A DNA stretch of 64,000 nucleotides, from contig CM060732.1 in NCBI GenBank assembly GCA_030704615.1, forward strand, positions 18,352,001-18,416,000. Direction: 5' to 3'. This DNA is from Takakia lepidozioides (Eukaryota; Plantae; Bryophyta). This document shows, piece by piece, positions 36,667 to 49,475 of this stretch. The notes beneath the pieces were generated by a model that worked only from the letters and a program-made list of their open reading frames with translations, was not told the DNA's origin and did no database searches. The stretch's first letter is position 1. Every line of letters starts with the position of its first letter. Both the position numbers and the translations under genes were made by a program.

Positions 36667-37846
36667 GGTTTCTATATTGGTGCACATTACCTACCGGTGG
36701 AATCCACACCCTGATATGAATGATCCCGATTCCAAGGTTTTGAAAGAAATGCACTTTTACATTTCTGATGACAACAAGCATGACACGCTGTTCGTACAAC
36801 ATTGCTTTCGGTTTCATTGGAATTACCTTGCTGAAGCAGGGTTCAGACCTGAATCGCATTGGGTATGGAGTGACGGTTGTGCTGCTCAGTTTAAATGTGC
36901 TCGTCCTTGGTATTTTGTTAGTAGGTACCCCCACATCACAGGGGGTTGCACAATGTGGTGGAACTTTTTTGGATCAGGGCACGGGAAAGGTGAGCACGAT
37001 GGGGCTGGTGCTGTGATCAAGAGGGCTTTACGAGCAGAGCAGTTAAACTCAAATGGTGTGAAGCTGCAAAATGCTGCTGAGGCAGTAGCTTTTTTGCGCA
37101 AGAACTTGTCCACCTGACCTCCTTCTTCGTACTCTAAGATTTGAAAGCAGTGAAAAGACATTTTGTTGTTGGTACAGAAGATGTTGACCGTACACAAGAG
37201 TGGGATTGCAGACCGTACCTGGAACTCGGTCTTTACATTCCATTCTTGGGAGGAACAAGTCAGACCCAACCAAACTTATGGTTCGAGACTTAGCAAGTTT
37301 TTGTCCGCATTGTTTGGATCTTGATTGGGACAACTGCATCAATATTGCTCATGCACAAAAATGGAAGTTGCAAACCCTGCAACCTACAAATACAACTGCT
37401 GCTGGAGGCAGATTGAAGAAGAAGGGGATGAAGAACAAGAGTTTGGGGGAGATGGGGAGGACTTGGCCTCCTGCTTGGATACAGGGGACAATTTTGCTTG
37501 CAATGCTGAAGCTGGAAACTTAGAAGGGGTGGACTTCTACTTGCTCTGTTGTGAAAGGCCGGTTCACGTTGTTATGGAGACATTCAGATGGGTGGAGAAG
37601 TACTTTTGACCCTGGCGAGCATGGTTTGCAGGGAGATATTACCAGTTGTGTGGAAGAAGAGATAAGGCTTACAAGTTCCTATCTGACCAGCCTTTGGCAT
37701 TTCTGTATTCGCATTTGGTGAGGGCTATCAAATTTGCTATGCCTCCAGCGACATATCGAGTCAAAGGCAAGGATGCAGTCTTCACCTTGTCTGCGGATGC
37801 ATTGGAAGGCATCAATGAAGCTTTGGCAGCAATGGAAGATCGTTAA
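36667..37846 (+). pseudogene. Sola-like transposase, C-terminal half (inverted)
   Basis: VSILVHITY, ISDDNKHD, WSDGCAAQFK, WNFFGSGHGKGEHDGAGAVIKR, VPGTRSLH, FCPHC; frameshifts. Confidence 0.88.
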
Positions 37847-38950
37847 GATGGCATGTTGCAGGCCAATCCATGGTTGACGGGCAACTTCTCTTATCGGGAT
37901 GGGGTCCAATTCTCCCTTGGGTCATGTAACTCAAATATGTAGCAATGTGAATTACAAGTTGCTTGTGAGCTGAGAGATTGTTTTCGGAATTTGTATGTAT
38001 GTAGCTTTGTTATTTGGCCGCAGATTATAATTCATAATCTATAATCTATCTTGCAAGCTATGGCTAAAGAGGCTGTGGCTGTGGCCAAATTTGTTACTGT
38101 TGCTGCCATGTTAGTCCTTGAAGAATTTACATTTTACTATCCTCTTATTCCATCTGCTTGCCTGCATATGTTGTCGCATTTGTGGGGCTACAAGTTTCAG
38201 CTGTTTGTGCAGCTGATTTGCGGGATGGCAGGTGGCCTGCGGCTCTCCCTCATGCTACCTCCCACCACATCTTGCAAAAGCATTACAGGTGTGGCACCCC
38301 CTTAGCTTTTGTGCAATCTGTGTTCCCTCATATTTTCACTTTTATTGTGTACCTCATAGCCTAGGTGGGGTAGAGGGGTAGAGTAGTCTCTTGTTGTTGT
38401 AGCACGTGACAACCCAGCTCATCCTTGCGTACCTAATTACCTAAACTGAACCATGACGCTAGATTGAAGGAACTTGTCCCTTCTGTCAATCATTGGTTGG
38501 GATCGAAGAGGAATATGGCAATGCATATCATCAATATGTGAATGTTGATTCTCTGAAACTTCACCATGTGGGGGAATATAGAATTTGGAAACGTGTGGAA
38601 AGCAGGTTGTCATCTATGTGGATCACTTGCACTTCTTGAAAGCTGCACTTGCGTTAACCAGAGACGATCCAGACTTGGCCTCTGATTGAAAAGGTAATTT
38701 CATGTCAGAATTAGTAGTATGGTTGTCATGAAGCTGGAATATCAGTAGGGTTTAGGGTTGTTGGTTTGTTGTTTTGTTGATTTGTTGGTTCTCATGAAGC
38801 TGGAAATGTCGGTAGGGTTGTTGGTTTGTAGCCATCCTTGCCCCTCATGTTGCTGTCCCGTACATAACCAACCTGGAGTTGTAAAAAACTAGTTTAATGG
38901 GAATGTGGGGCTGGGAGTAGTGTAGGGCACTCAGGAAGCGGTTCAAAACA

Positions 38951-40440
38951 ATGGTGCAGTCGGGGAGTAAGTTACAGAATTCACCTACGAATGGGAAGAG
39001 TTCCAATGCAGCATCTGAAGATACTATGGGCGAAAGAGGGGGGCACAAATCAGCAGATTACTTCAGGGATGTCCTCAAGCTGAATGCGACAGGCAAGAAT
39101 CCCAAACAACTTCTCTTAGACAAAGACATCACCAAAGAACAATGTGCAAAGTTGTTTGGACAACCTGCAAACAAGAATGGCTACTTTTACATGGGTTGTA
39201 CTGACAAGAGTATGATTCCCAAAATCGAGGACCTGTGGAGTAAGGTTCATGGGTATGATTGTAAGCAACCGGTGGGTATCATTGCAAACTTGATGGCAAG
39301 GGCATTGTCTATGAAAAAAGGACTGGACAAAAACTCAATTGGGCAGCATACGCGGCATGGACAGCTAAGCAACAAAAAAGAATGAAGGAGCATCGAGAAG
39401 CAAAGGACCCTGGCAGCACAGACAGTATGCCAAAGCTAGGAGTTTGTGAATTGAAAGACAGGCTACGCAAAACCCAGGTAGAGGCAAAGAAGGACTGAAA
39501 CAAACGCCTGAGCAAGTGATTGCAGAGATGGAAAGGAAAAAACATGAGCAAGAAGAGTATGTGGCAACTGCCCTAGCGAGTCTTCAGAAACTACATGATT
39601 TGAAGTATGAGGAGATGTGTGGGGCAAAGGAACAGTTGGAGAGGTTAAAGAAAGGGAAGTTGGACTTGATGGAGAAGACGCGGACTGTTCCGGTGCAAAT
39701 GGAAGACAGACAATGGTGTCTTGCAGAGTGTCGGAACAAGATTGCAGACCTAGAGGCCAAACTCTCCCACGAGGGTGCCACAATCCGAGCCGGGGAAGAG
39801 ACCTTAATGCAAAAAGGGGAAGAGAGTGTTGGGTTACTGAATTGTGGAAGGGAAGACAGTCTGAGATGCAAAGGGAACTTGACCAGAAGAAATCAATTGA
39901 AGCAGAATTTTGGCTCAATGCTGATAAGACCGAAAAAGAGTTCAATGCTTTGTGTGATGCAGGGGGACCAGGAAGACAGGGACATTAGAGTGGCAGAGTA
40001 TGTGGTCGATGTTGCTGACACAGAGAGGAGTCTTATCCAAGATCAGATTGAGGCCTTGACAAATGGGGACAAAGGACTCGCCATCTATCCTATGCCTATA
40101 TGTCATCCTCAAGTGATCAAAGATAGTACGTCATCAAGGATTTCCTGAAGGTCTCTCCTTGCCCTGTTTGCCACAAAGGTTCCACTGTTGGGACATGGTG
40201 GTGGCATCTTGTAAGCACACTTACCATCCTGCTTGTATGGCATCCCATATGAAGACGTCCAGGTGTGGGACTTCAGCTGTTCAGAGATCATGCATCCTGA
40301 TTGGTGTTTAGTTTTGGGTTTAGGATTCTTGACCCAGAGGTGCAGGCACTTGCGAAAAGCGAGAGTGGTTGAGCTGCGCCAAAGGTGGATGTCAAGCAAC
40401 TTCACGAAGCCAGGGTTAGAAACACCCAAGTTCCAGGTAA
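38951..40440 (+). pseudogene. Cargo gene: N-terminal unknown domain, coiled coil, RING-H2-like finger
   Basis: ORFs 38951-39385 and 39516-40148 (coiled coil). Across two frameshifts at 40160-40304 the sequence reads CPVC...SCKHTYHPAC...RC...CSEIMHPDW. Confidence 0.65.
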
Positions 40441-40619
40441 GATTGATTGCAACATTTCCATGTTTTCTCTTCAGAAAACTTGTGTGGTCCAAGGCTGTAC
40501 CTCTTCATGTCCCAATCCTCAGGATTGTAGTCCCAAGATTGGACCTTCAACCCCTTCAACTGACTATGAGTCTGAATGTGGGACTGCAAATGTTATTATT
40601 TGTCCTTTTAGTGGAGTGA

Positions 40620-40985
40620 ATCCTTACTGGGGAGTCCTTGAGAGAGTGTCATTCTTAACTAGAATTCTGAGTCTTCAGTCATGTGGAGTGTGAGTCCAAG
40701 TGCTGACTCATGTGGAGTATGAGTCGATGTGTTTAGTCATGGGGAGTGTGAGTCCACTTGCTGACTAATTACTGGGAGTATGAGTCCTTAATGATTTCCA
40801 CTGATTTCCAGTTTGGAATCAGAGTCTGTGGAGGGTCAGTCCATGTGCTTAATCATGTGGAGTGTGAGTCCAACTGCAAAATAATGGATGTGGAATGCGA
40901 GTCCTTATTGAGGAGCTTGCTTCTCAACTTGGAATCTGAGTCATGGCCCAGATGGATTGTGAGTCCTAGTTAGGGAGTGTGAATC
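40620..40985. repeat. Degenerate GGAGTGTGAGTCC repeats
   Basis: Repeated CATGTGGAGTRTGAGTCC-like units. Confidence 0.65.
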
Positions 40986-41490
40986 TTGCTTGTAGTCCCA
41001 CCATCAGCTGCATAGAACTTGGAAGTCTAATATGGGGGACAAAAAGTCCATTATGATGGACTGTGCACTCCCCACATAATTATTGTAGTCCAACTGTTGG
41101 GACTTCGGCCAATGGTAAGGACTACAATGACTTGTCTGGACTCAAATTACAGTTAATGTTGTATTGGTAGACAGTAGGCACCAAGTGATAATTCAGCCTT
41201 CTCAAACCAGTTGTAATGGTGTAGGTGTGATAGCAGATGATGGCTCATTGATGCCAACAAACAAAGACCAGGACCTCCATCTCAGGCCACCACCAACTAT
41301 AGTGCATTCACCACCAACTACAGTGGAGGCCAAAGTGGACATGGTGGTAGTGTTGTGAACCAAAACTTCCCTCGAACTCCAAGCTCGTCAACTCTTCAAA
41401 ATGTCATCTTTGGGGCTGTCGGCCGGGGATCGTTGCACCAATTGTTGGTGATCCGTTGAACCTGAGGTTGATGTCACACCTGATACCATC

Positions 41491-42488
41491 ATGCAAGAGG
41501 TTTCAGCTTCAGGAAAGGGTTATGTCAAGAAGTTCCTCATTCCTGGTTCTCCACCAAAAAAAAAGATTCCTGGATCTCCACTGCAGGCTGCATTTGTTCC
41601 AGAGATTGTCACGACACATACGCTACAAAGTACACATGAAGATGTTGTGGACTTGACAATCCCATCCACTGTTGTTCCTCCTTTAGTGGATGTGAAGGTT
41701 GAAAGAGATGGTGCCCAAAATACTGGACATGTGGACAACCCTCTCATCAGACTCAGATTGGGGTCACAGGTATTTGAAAAATGATGCTGGGGCCGACTCC
41801 CAGTCTGATTCTGATACAGTTGTGTTGCACAGTACCATAGGTGGAGGCCCCTCACAAGTTCAGATCCTATATTTCAGTCACTCCACCAGTTGCTACCTCC
41901 CTTGTTGCTCCGCCAATATCCATTCCCGCAGTTCCAGCTCAATTGGATGGTGGTTCTCCATTACCTATGGTAGTATATGTACCTCATGCCTTAGCAACAA
42001 CCCCTCTTGTTCTTGGACCAGTGTTGAACCCCCCAGCTGTAGCCCTTGTCAGTCCACATGTTCAGGCAACAGGGAAGCGTAAACAAGAACGAAAGAGATC
42101 TCGCAAGGCATTGAGTGCAGAGTATGCAAAGAAGCCCACCACTAGGGCGGATTCTAAGGTATCAATTGACAAGGATATGGACAAGTGCCCAGGTGAAAGT
42201 ACCCCCTCATCAAAGAGAGTTGTCGTGCACAAGCCCTTGGATACGAATGAAGACAACGATCTGAGCCACCACGATAAGAGTAACTCAATCCCACGGGACG
42301 GTGTTGTGAAGGCCGCTCGGGGCCCTATTGTGAAGTCACTGAACACCGTGAAGACTCCTCCCAACTTGACCACTCGGGGGCCTGTTGTCAAGTCCCTTAA
42401 TATTGTCAAGACCCCACCTAACTTGAAGATGGATGCAGGTTCTTCTGGTGCAGGCCCTAAGAAGAAGAAAAGAAAACATATCAACTAG
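41491..42488 (+). pseudogene. Pro/Ser/Val-rich low-complexity coding-like segment ending in a basic NLS-like PKKKKRKH
   Basis: ORFs 41491-41784 and 41841-42488, with an internal duplication RGP(I/V)VKSLN(T/I)VKTPPNL x2; function unknown. Confidence 0.35.
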
Positions 42489-44122
42489 GTACAAGCTGAG
42501 TACTGTACACTTATGCTTTTATCACTAATGTTAGAATAACTCTTGGTTGTTATTTTGCCAATTCATGCTCAAGTTTCTGATGCAATTTAACTCCTCTATG
42601 CATGATATATAGGACATACATCTGGTATACGTCGCTGAATTATGAGACAGAAGTATAGTAAGATCTTGAGCATTGTGGGTGGCAATGCAGGGCATGTGAT
42701 TAGCAGACCGCCCCTATGAGGACTTTACCACTCGCTGCTGTCATTGTGGGGATAGGTCTCGTCTCTTCATCAGTACTTGTTCATTTATGACATGGCCACT
42801 TTGGGAGGCAGGCACCAAGCAAAGGCTAGTCTTTCATCGATGGGGTAGAGGTTGGTGCCACGATATGTCAATGTTGAGCAGTTTAGAACTGGCAGATGAT
42901 GTGTTAGTTGTTACCATTAGGTGCCCAGCCAAGTCATGTGATGTGGATTTGCCCTTGTGGTTTCTCGAGTAGCTCACAATGGACATATGACATGGATTGA
43001 GGGCATGCACATTACTGTTCTTTGTTCATTTTCTACTGATAGGTATGCTGTACTTGTTTGAGTAAGGCAGCAATATCATGACAGTGGTTTTTGAAAACAA
43101 TGCACTCTATTTTGCTATCTGTTTCTGATAGGAATTGCTAGAATACCTTCGTGCAGGCAGTCTACTGTCATTCATTCTATGTGAGAAAGATGGCTTTGAA
43201 AGGCCCGTTGCTTTTCCTGCCTGTGCTACAATTCTCCAACATGCGTGGGTTTAACAGAGTCTGCGCCTGAAATTTGACTAACTGGTGGATGGTATGGCTA
43301 CATCCGGTTGCGTACCTCTATCCTCCTTTGCTTGACTCTGATAGTTCATTTACAAAACTGCAATCGGACACCAACAATATAAGTCTCCATCTCTCAATGG
43401 TAATTAGTCTAGCTCCTTGGTGAAGATCCCTGGTATGGCGGACCGAAGCCTGGCCAACAGACAGCATTCCCATCATTCCCCTCTCTATAGGATGGCAGCT
43501 CTAAGCAATCTACCTTCGCTCAATTGAGCACATAAATGTGATTTGTAGTTCTGCCTGCCTAATTCTTCAGAGAGTTTGATAGTATCTCTCAACTTCATCC
43601 AAGCCCAAAAAATACTTGTGCGTATGATTTAATGCATGCAGTTCAATATGCAAGGATGGCTTAACTTTGAAGAGGGAATCAAGACAGTATGATAGCAGGT
43701 CTGCTGTTGTTCCACTTGATTGTCCCACTGTGTTTGGAAGGCTGTTAGCAACTCAGACTAGAATGGCACCCGGCTTCAGCGTGTTGAGGATCATGTGCCT
43801 TGAGGAACATGTGTCTTATTTTTACAGCTATGATCTTCTCCACTTTCTTATCCAAAACGAGGGTGTGGAACTTTGAAAGGACCAGGAAGTATGACAAGTT
43901 GTAGGGTTTATGATGAGGTTTTGCCATATCTTCGTAGCCAGGCACCTTTGCCAACCAGTTGGTATGAGAAGGGGGAGGACAACAGATTGTGTGATCAGAG
44001 AGGAAGGCAGACACACTCCAAATAACAAGAAAACCAGACACATTAAATTGAAGTTCCCCGCCTTGTGAAGTGATACACCACAGCACTAGTGCGGGAATTC
44101 TAGTCACCAGGCACATTCAATT

Positions 44123-46508
44123 ATCTCTTGCACTTCATTCTGAACCGTAAAAGTGTAGTTTTCAGCAAAGTCAACAACAGACAATATTGTATTCTCTGGC
44201 AAAGATTTCAAACTGGCTTTAAACTGAGCATCTTGCCATCGGGCTACAAAGTTATGACGAACAAAAGCCTGTAGCTTGGGTTTGAAGTACGACAAGAATT
44301 CAATAGAGGAAGTCGTTTGGTATTGGAGTTTCAGTCTCATTCTAGGGGCTCCATCTTTCTCCCCAACATTCTCTTTTGCATAGCATCTCCACTGCACTGT
44401 CAAATCACAACCATTTGCCTCCACGGGACAAATAGATAACTTACTTGAGCCACACCTCAAGCACTCTCCCATGAGACAGTCTCGCCGATGCCATTCATCC
44501 AATTCCCCTTTGGGACAAACAATTTCTTGCCAAAGCCAAGTCACTCCTTTGTAGGGGTGCTTGTTCGCTTGACAACCAGCTTCACCATCTAATACTGGTC
44601 CACGTCGACAAATATTACAGTCACAAGTACATGATGATGGAGAGTGGACACCCCTCTCGGCAGTCCGCATGTTGTTGAACCCATCCTTCAACTCCGCCAT
44701 CTCCACATGATATTTGCAGCAACAAACATTACGATCCTTCAGGCGTTTGACAAAGAATGGTCTCAACAACTCAAACAATCGTTGACCCACTTTGACATTG
44801 GGATGGGCTGATTTGAAGCAAAGAAAGAAAGCAGTCTGCATTGCCACCACAACATGCACAAAGAGAATCCCATTTAGTGCATGCACTAAGAATACCTACT
44901 ACTAGACCTAGACCAGTCCTAGACCTAGTCTTAGTCATAGTCCTTTCTCATCACATGTCAAATTGTACAAGTACTAATCAGTCCTAGTAGTCCTAGACCT
45001 AGTCCTTCCTAGTCACATATGAAGTAGTACATGTACTAATCAGTCCGAGTGTGAGTCCTTTCTAGTCACATATCAAGGAATGCATGTACTAACCAGTCCT
45101 AGTCCTAGTCCTAGTCCTAGTCACATACCAATGAATGCATGTCCTAATCAGTCCTAGTCCTACTTCTTTCTAGTCACATATCAAGGAATGCATGTCCAAA
45201 TCGGTCCTAGTCCTAGTCATTGTTCTTTTCTAGTCACATTTCAAGGAGTGCATGTACTAATGGAGTACATGTACATCGACTTCTAGTCCCTCCAAATCAA
45301 ATTACATGGAGTGCATGCTATTTTGTCCTATCTAGTCATAATATAAGGAGTGCATGCTAGTGAGTCGTACTTCTAGTCCATCCCAGGCCTGTTTACAATG
45401 AGTACCAGTCCATGAACAAGAGGGACATCTTCAAGACACTCCAATTCAGGACATGAGCTGGACATAGTGTCCACAATTGAGTACAGTAATCTCAGTCCAC
45501 TGGTAGGTTTACAGGTGACGATGTACCTTGTCTAGGGAAAATGTACGAGGCAACCCAAACAACACAATGGCAGTTGACAAACTCCAACATAGTCCAATAC
45601 AGTTATGTACAGTAGGAAGTGTAGAAGGATTGTAAAGTACTGAGAGCCCACACAAACACTGTAAAGAGAGGGTTCGCTTACCTGAGTCTCAAGAAGATAG
45701 TGAGCAGGTTGTGTATCATAGACTTTCCTCGATACGCGCTGCCTCACGACATCTTTCTTGTTGGGTGACACTCGTGTCTCATTTACCCACCAAGCCAAAA
45801 CGATCGCTCGGGTCGCATCTGGTACATGATCAGACCTTTTCTTTCTCCCACCCAAAGCCCACAAACCCTCACCTTCTGAATCAATGACTCTTCGTCGTAC
45901 AATTGCACGACTAATATTGCTATGATGAATATTAAGAATACGAGCCGTTGCCCTCACAGCAGTGGTCTGGGTTCCACTAACAGACGCTGTTAAGAATGAG
46001 CGTTTACTCGCAAGCTTATCTAAAGATTGCACACCCTTAACAAGTTGCATGGAGCTCTGCTGGTTCTTCAACAGATCTGCATGCGCCTTGGCCTCCTAGG
46101 CGGCAAGTAATAGGCAGGTAAGCTGAGTTTAATGAGATGGTGACCCAAAAATAACTCCATTACCTCTGTTTGTGAATGAAGTGTTGGGCATTCCCTCAAT
46201 TGCTTGTAACAGAAGTCGGCCATTTTCAAAGCTATTCTCCTCTTGTCTCGTTCTCCAAACCCCACCCTGGCATCTTCCACAGAACCTTGCCCAGACGTTG
46301 TAGTAGCCGCATTAATCTCTGCCTCTTTTTGGGCTTGAAGTCTCTCCCTATACATTCTTTTCTGGTCAGCGTGGGTTTGTTTGCGTGCATCCTCGGTGGG
46401 CCTGGCTGCAGCCAACAAAGCCAGTTTTGCCCTTTTTTGGGGGTCTGGTCTTACCTCTCCATTTACCCTATACTTGTTCTTCTTGTTCCCTATTGAAAAC
46501 TGATACAA
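44123..46508 (-). pseudogene. Sola-like transposase, N-terminal half with one GT-AG intron (45681-44836)
   Basis: ETRVSPNKKD...YLLETQ|gtaagc...tgcag|TAFFL...FELLRPFFV...CCCKYH...FVRHNFVARWQ...VVDFAENYTFTVQNEVQE, then an abrupt break. Confidence 0.88.
44895..45380. repeat. CTAGTC-rich tandem repeats inside the transposase intron
   Basis: (CCTAGT)n plus recurring TAGTCACAT...TGCATGT units. Confidence 0.8.
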
Positions 46509-48706
46509 CTGTTAGCACAATATAGAGATCGGAAACCAGACAACAATTTGCTTAAGTGTACTCTCTCTCCCAATGGTTGTCCCAGTCCAATTCAGTTCTA
46601 TGAAAACATGGCCTGCAAAACAACCCAAAGCAAATGTGAGAAGAATATCAACATTCTCGGTTCTGTTGCACCAATTTACACCAAGTAGGAAAATCTGCAA
46701 TGAATATGACAACAAATGGGAGAGCCCCCACCTTTACTTGTTATGTAATTAGCCACAAACCCAATGCTTCCACGATTTACTTCACCATTTTTATTATTCT
46801 CTCGCCCTTGTCGTCCGGACTGTGGACAAAATCAGAATGTCGACTTCACGTCCTTGAAACCCATCCACAGTATTGAACTCAATGTCACATGCTGCACCAA
46901 AACCTAGTGCACGAATAAAGCGATTCTGAAGCAGTAATAGCTACTGCTTGTACAGTGTAATTATTATCCCAAAGCGCCCTGGCCTCACCTCAGCTGAATA
47001 CCTGGTAAAATTCCACCAAACGCAGCAGCAGCAAAGAACGCATATCATCAGCAGGAAAATCGCATATCATCACAATACAACATCATTTTGAACCCCCAAG
47101 GATGCACCTTGAGAGGGACCCTGTATATAATCAAGTCTCCTGCTATAGGGCAGTCAATGCAATATGCCGGTAGGGGTTCCCACTCAAAAACAGGATGAGC
47201 ACGATAAGGCATGAGATTGCTATGGTGGCGGGAGCCCTGGATAGAGAACCTATCCAAACTAACGCATAGTACATCCTCTAACTCATGTTCAACTTGAGGG
47301 AAGATTAACATTATTCTAGATGGAGGTAATGCGCAGGCTGTAAGTAGCTGTGATTGAAGTGCACGCGACCTACAAGCAGCTTGCGTACCCAAGACTTGAG
47401 CTAGTAGATGGGGCTGATATGGTTCAGATTGTGACCCTCACAAACGCAAACACAATACCACTTACAGCTAGTTATCACTATACAAAGATTGCAACCTCCA
47501 AAACTCACACATGTATCACATAAATACTACACAGGGCACTTTCTTGGAACTCAGGTGAGCAACATAGACAAATGAATGTGCGTGCATAGTGAGTACGACA
47601 AGAGCAAAACCAAACACCCGAATGCTGGAGGAAATGGCCAGGTTGCACGAAGATACGGAAATGACGAGGTTGCATGCCAATACTGCCCGTGTCGCACCCC
47701 GTATCCAACGTGTTCCAGGCTGTTGTGCGCTCTAGTGCATTACATAACAACTGAAAGCATATCATGCATGGCTATCTCTGCACACTCAAAAATATGAGAA
47801 AGAAGGTCGATAGCACGAATAGAACGTTAGGCCATTAGGGCAAAGGTGTATGGGCCACACTTGCAAACGTGCAGACATTTTGAAAATCTACGTTGACAGA
47901 CCACCCGACGACGGGTGACCCGCCGTCTCGCACACTCCATGCGCGAGACTGTTGTCTTGAAGCTTTTCATGCAGCATCCATGGCGGACGCAGCCGCGCAG
48001 TCCATATCTCACGGTAGGCAGCTGAACGACTTAGTTTTTTTCACCAAAATGGCATACGTAGCAACCTTTAGTGCCTCCTGCAACCCCTTTGCCCTTATGT
48101 GAATGTTACATTATTTTCTAGATTTTCCAAAATATACACCAATGTAACTCTCTTCATGAAAAATCATCAAGCAGTTCATTCCTTCATAAAAACCTCCATA
48201 TCATTGTAAAGTGCCTTAGGGAGTCTTGAAAGCTACACTTCTTATGAAAGGACCATAGCATGAAAATGAATGGAAGAAGGTCTAATGAATTAGGATGTTC
48301 CAAGATAAAATGATAGATTTTGAAAATTTCTCACATATCTCATAAACTAATTCTTAGGGCTACATTGTGGTTTCCACGTATAACGGTGACCTTCCTACTG
48401 GACATTAAAATCCCTATGTGAATTGAAGTTTTCCACCACTCCAATTGATTCCATATAGTCCACAACCTTACTTTGGACATCATACATACTTTTACGTTTG
48501 GACTTCATTCAATGCTCAAATCTCCATGGATTCCAAAAAGAAAACCACCGTTGTTTTCAGCACAGAATAAGGATCAATGATTCATGTCTAAACTTTCAAA
48601 ATGCACTTATATCCAACATCCATGTCAGTCCTTCTATGTGGCACTGCATTCGCAGAGAGCTTGGGACGTCAATTTTGGGTGGACCGTAGCATGCTTTGAC
48701 CCATTC

Positions 48707-49475
48707 ATATTGAATTTCCAGAAAAAATGTATTGAGATGGTATCCGTTGTCCACTTGCATTGATGCAAACTACAACTGTCAGCCATTCTCGATTACCAGA
48801 ACTCCTAGTCAAAACTGCCTTGCTTCCTTTCCTTGCAATGACTTTGGCTCCACCAATCTTTATGCTGGCTGAAAGTCCTGTTTCGTCGACATTCCACACA
48901 TGAGATGGTAAGAACTTGGACCTGGCATATGTTTCACCAATGAACTTGTAGAAGGTATTACATCGCTCTGGACTCACATTCTTTGCTCTCTTAGCATCGA
49001 GGCCTTGTGGCGTCCGCAAAACAAGGTGTGGGTGCCTCAATTGGAAAAACCTCCACCACTTATTCCCGGGCATTCCAGCTTTTAAAGGGGTGGAACGACC
49101 TTCACAAATTTGCTTGACTTTGCTTTTTAACATCTGCAAAGATACACAATGGGCTACAACTTGCATATCCTCACACCATTTCACCAGTGCACTTTCTTCA
49201 TCTGGTCTCAAAGCAGTGGGTGGGCCAAGTTTCCTGTATGTCACCTTCTTTGTTTTCCAGCTACGGATGGTAGATTCAGGAATGTTGTACAATCTTGCAG
49301 CTGCGCGAAGGCCCATTTGCCTTGACTGAATGCTTTCGAGAGCTTCTTTCATTGATTCTTCTGTCCACTTGCCACGCTCCTTACATTTTTGTTTGAATCT
49401 CGGGGCAGGTGTCATGACACGATGAACTCTCTTCCCCCACACTAAGGGAGAAGACCCCTTGCACGCTGTCACCAT
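48707..49475 (-). pseudogene. pogo transposase, N-terminal half (HTH_psq, CENP-B-type HTH, first catalytic Asp)
   Basis: WTEESMKEAL...LRAAARLYNIPESTI, KWWRFFQLRHP, VWNVDETG, REWLTVVVCINASG...YIFSG. Confidence 0.93.

Larger units (their letters stand above)
34029..48702. mobile_element. Sola2-like DNA transposon, 14,674 bp, nested in the pogo transposase
   Basis: TIRs GGGTAGAAGCATGGTACGGGCCATCCAAAA and (reverse complement) GGGTCAAAGCATGCTACGGTCCACCCAAAA, 25/30 identical. 4-bp TSD ATTC at 34025-34028 and 48703-48706. DDD-type transposase motifs inside. The Sola2 assignment comes from recalled motif and terminus features. Confidence 0.88.
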
